Shown in pieces: positions 61,849-64,000 of a stretch of 64,000 nucleotides of DNA (position 1 is the stretch's first letter; each line of letters starts with the position of its first letter). A model generated the notes under the pieces. The model did no database searches, was not told the DNA's origin, and saw only the letters and a program-made list of their open reading frames with translations. The position numbers and the translations under genes are program-made. Location: the NCBI GenBank assembly GCA_964498835.1, contig CAZCIX010000004.1, positions 1,541 to 65,540 of the forward strand, in the 5' to 3' direction. This stretch comes from an uncultured Burkholderiaceae bacterium (lineage in GTDB: Bacteria > Pseudomonadota > Gammaproteobacteria > Burkholderiales > Burkholderiaceae_D).

Positions 61849-63054
61849 TTGGCAAACAATAAAATGATCACCTGGCTACGCAGTTTTCTTCCTTCTCTCA
61901 TCCAAATCAACCACTTAGAACGTTTACGCAGCAGCATGGGCGCATTGATCGGCCTAATGGTGACGGCCGGCTTTAGCAGCATACTATTCGGTCCTGTAAG
62001 CAACATACCATTATTAGTTGCACCGATAGGTGCTTCTGCCGTGTTGTTATTTGCCGTGCCAGCTAGTCCATTGGCACAACCTTGGTCATTGATTGGTGGG
62101 AATTTGATTGCCGCCACAATAGGCGTGACCTGCGCACATTTCATCATCAGCAATTCCATCCTTGCAGCCGCCGTGGCGCTGGCTTTATCCATCATCGCCA
62201 TGTTTTTCTTCCGCTGTATCCACCCCCCTTCCGGCGCCGTCGCCTTGACTGCTGTACTGGGCGGGCCAACGATTCACGCTTTAGGCTACCAATTTGTCTT
62301 GGCGCCGATTGGCATCAACTCACTAGTCTTGCTTGGTATAGCAATCTTTTATCACCGACTCACGGGCCACTCTTATCCTCATTCGCCGCATGCTTCTACC
62401 TTTACTCCCACTCCAAAAACCTCTTTCACTCCTAAAATGACGCCTGATAGCAATGAAATATCAGCCCTAAAAGCCGATTTACAAGCAGTATTAAAAAAGC
62501 GTAATGAGATGCTGGATATTGATATTGATGATCTTGAGGCGGTGCTGAAAGAAGTGGAAACGCATACCTATCAACGCCATATGCGTGGCCTGGATTGTGG
62601 CAGTGTGATGAGCACTAATGTCAAATCCGTCACACCAGACATGACGGCTGCAGCTGCCTGGAATGTATTACATCAGCATAAAATCAAAGCAGTTCCGGTC
62701 ATCGATGAACAACAACACGTGATTGGCATCGTGACACAAATGGATTTTGTACAACGGACGATTGTGCACGAATTTACCGATTTGGCGAAGTTCCAATCTT
62801 TGGACACCCACGTTACTGCATCTGGCACAGCAGGCAATACGCTATTGGTCAAAGACATCATGAGCACACCTGTCAAAACTGCGTTCGTCACACAACCCCT
62901 GGCCGATCTGGTGCCTTTATTTTCTTATTACGGTCACCATCATCTGCCCGTCGTTGATACAGAACAAAAATTAGTAGGCATCGTTACTCAAGCAAATATC
63001 GTGCAAGGCTTGTATCAAAAGACTTTGGATAAAACGAGGATAATAAGAAGTTAA
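61849..63054 (+). CDS. HPP-family membrane protein fused to a CBS-pair domain
   Basis: 401 aa with the HPP motif (CIHPPSGA) in the TM region and two C-terminal CBS domains. I read a TTG start with an AGGAGG 8 nt upstream. Confidence 0.85.
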   Translation: MANNKMITWLRSFLPSLIQINHLERLRSSMGALIGLMVTAGFSSILFGPVSNIPLLVAPIGASAVLLFAVPASPLAQPWSLIGGNLIAATIGVTCAHFIISNSILAAAVALALSIIAMFFFRCIHPPSGAVALTAVLGGPTIHALGYQFVLAPIGINSLVLLGIAIFYHRLTGHSYPHSPHASTFTPTPKTSFTPKMTPDSNEISALKADLQAVLKKRNEMLDIDIDDLEAVLKEVETHTYQRHMRGLDCGSVMSTNVKSVTPDMTAAAAWNVLHQHKIKAVPVIDEQQHVIGIVTQMDFVQRTIVHEFTDLAKFQSLDTHVTASGTAGNTLLVKDIMSTPVKTAFVTQPLADLVPLFSYYGHHHLPVVDTEQKLVGIVTQANIVQGLYQKTLDKTRIIRS

Positions 63055-63125
63055 ACCGAAATATCACGCAATAACATCAACCAATCATTCCAAACTGAAA
63101 TTCATTCACTGTATAAAGGAAAAAC

Positions 63126-63734
63126 ATGAAGCTGTATTACTCTGCTGGCGTTTGCTCATTATCCCCACACATTGCATTAGAAGAAGCCGGTTTAAGCTAT
63201 GAAGCTATTTCTGCACCGACTAAAACCCACCAACTACCAGACGGTAGTGATTATTACAAAGTCAATCCACTAGGATACGTACCGCTGTTGGTACTGGATG
63301 ATGGCCGACAACTGCGCGAAGGCCCAGCTATCGTGCAATACATTGCCGACCAGGTGCCCGAGAAAAAATTAGCTCCCGCCAACGGTACGTTTGAGCGCGC
63401 CAAACTGCAAGAATGGTTAAATTTTATCAGTACCGAATTACACAAAAATTTTAGCCCGCTGTTTAATCCTGCCACACCAGCAGAATACAAAACCATGATG
63501 ATAATCAAACTGCAAGACCGCTTGAAATTTACCGATGGCGAATTGGCTGGCAAACAATACGTAATGGGCGATCACTTTACGGTTGTCGACGGTTATCTCT
63601 TCACCGTGACCAACTGGGCACCACTTGTTGGTCTTGATTTAACACCATTTACCCACCTCAATGCCTTACGCACGCGCATCGCAGCACGTCCGGCAGTAAT
63701 TGCAGCCATGAAAGCGGAAGGTTTATTGAAATAA
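63126..63734 (+). CDS. gstA: Glutathione S-transferase (beta class, GstA-like)
   Basis: 202 aa starting MKLYYSAGVCSLSPHIALEEAGL, with a GST N/C fold. Confidence 0.9.
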   Translation: MKLYYSAGVCSLSPHIALEEAGLSYEAISAPTKTHQLPDGSDYYKVNPLGYVPLLVLDDGRQLREGPAIVQYIADQVPEKKLAPANGTFERAKLQEWLNFISTELHKNFSPLFNPATPAEYKTMMIIKLQDRLKFTDGELAGKQYVMGDHFTVVDGYLFTVTNWAPLVGLDLTPFTHLNALRTRIAARPAVIAAMKAEGLLK

Positions 63735-63736
63735 CA

Positions 63737-63769
63737 ATAAAAAAGGCGGGTGATTGCACAGAGCCCGCC
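63737..63769 (-). terminator. Rho-independent terminator after the SMR gene
   Basis: The minus strand reads ggcggg-N13-cccgcc followed by TTTTTTATT. Confidence 0.65.
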
Positions 63770-63791
63770 ATGATGAAGTTACATCAAGTAA

Positions 63792-64000
63792 TCAATGGGA
63801 TGCCATCTTCAAACCAACAATTCCTATCCCAATCAACGCAATACACAACAATCTGGGCCAAGCCGTTGATTCACCCATCAAAAATATGCCTGCAATTGCC
63901 GTACCTACGGCACCTATTCCAGTCCAGATAGCATAAGCCGTGCCAACGGGTAAGGTACGTAAAGAATAAGACAGCAACCCCACACTGATCACCATAGCCA
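63792..64000 (-). CDS. sugE: SMR-family (SugE/Gdx-like) small multidrug/guanidinium exporter. Only the 3' part is present; the N-terminus lies beyond the window end
   Basis: The C-terminal 67 aa, ...[33 protein letters not shown]...[11 protein letters not shown], match the SugE pattern. Confidence 0.85.
   Translation of the reverse strand, partial: AMVISVGLLSYSLRTLPVGTAYAIWTGIGAVGTAIAGIFLMGESTAWPRLLCIALIGIGIVGLKMASH

Overview
This is a 64-kb chromosomal window from a beta-proteobacterium with roughly 47% GC (hand count). Gene order points to Burkholderiales: purA-hisZ-hflCKX-hfq-der-bamB-yfgM-hisS-ispG-rodZ-pilW-rlmN-ndk; rlmD-rpoS-nlpD-pcm-surE; lpdA-sucBA-gltA-sdhE-sdhBADC / mdh-acnA; and parE...parC. 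A structured sucA leader agrees with that. The taxonomic call is inference only, since no database search was possible. Most of the window is conserved housekeeping on long same-strand gene arrays. I recognised no rRNA, tRNA, CRISPR array, transposase or integrase. Atypical material sits in four small patches. (i) At the left edge (1 to ~780), an SMC/RecF-like AAA ATPase gene runs out of the window and abuts a decayed PuuD-like amidotransferase gene. (ii) At 45.57-48.12 kb there is a higher-GC, co-directional, tightly packed cassette mntA-hepT-higA-TPR/GT41 glycosyltransferase. This is my best candidate for an undescribed composite toxin-antitoxin or defence-type module, but it is a hypothesis only. 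(iii) At 50.37-50.98 kb there is an overlapping DUF433 / DUF5615 (PIN-like) pair. (iv) At 53.05-56.6 kb, between parE and parC, lie ogt, a ~60% GC copA, a relic of an HlyD-type adaptor and a dRS3-like palindrome. Other observations are a candidate sucA-leader RNA, two 10-bp periodic arrays in the sdhC/mdh divergent region, an in-frame 9-bp tandem repeat in rpoS, a His-rich tail on HisRS, and Asn-rich inserts in otherwise conserved proteins. ORF coordinates follow the supplied track, with starts moved in multiples of 3 where justified. Non-ORF features were indexed by eye and may be off by 1-2 nt.
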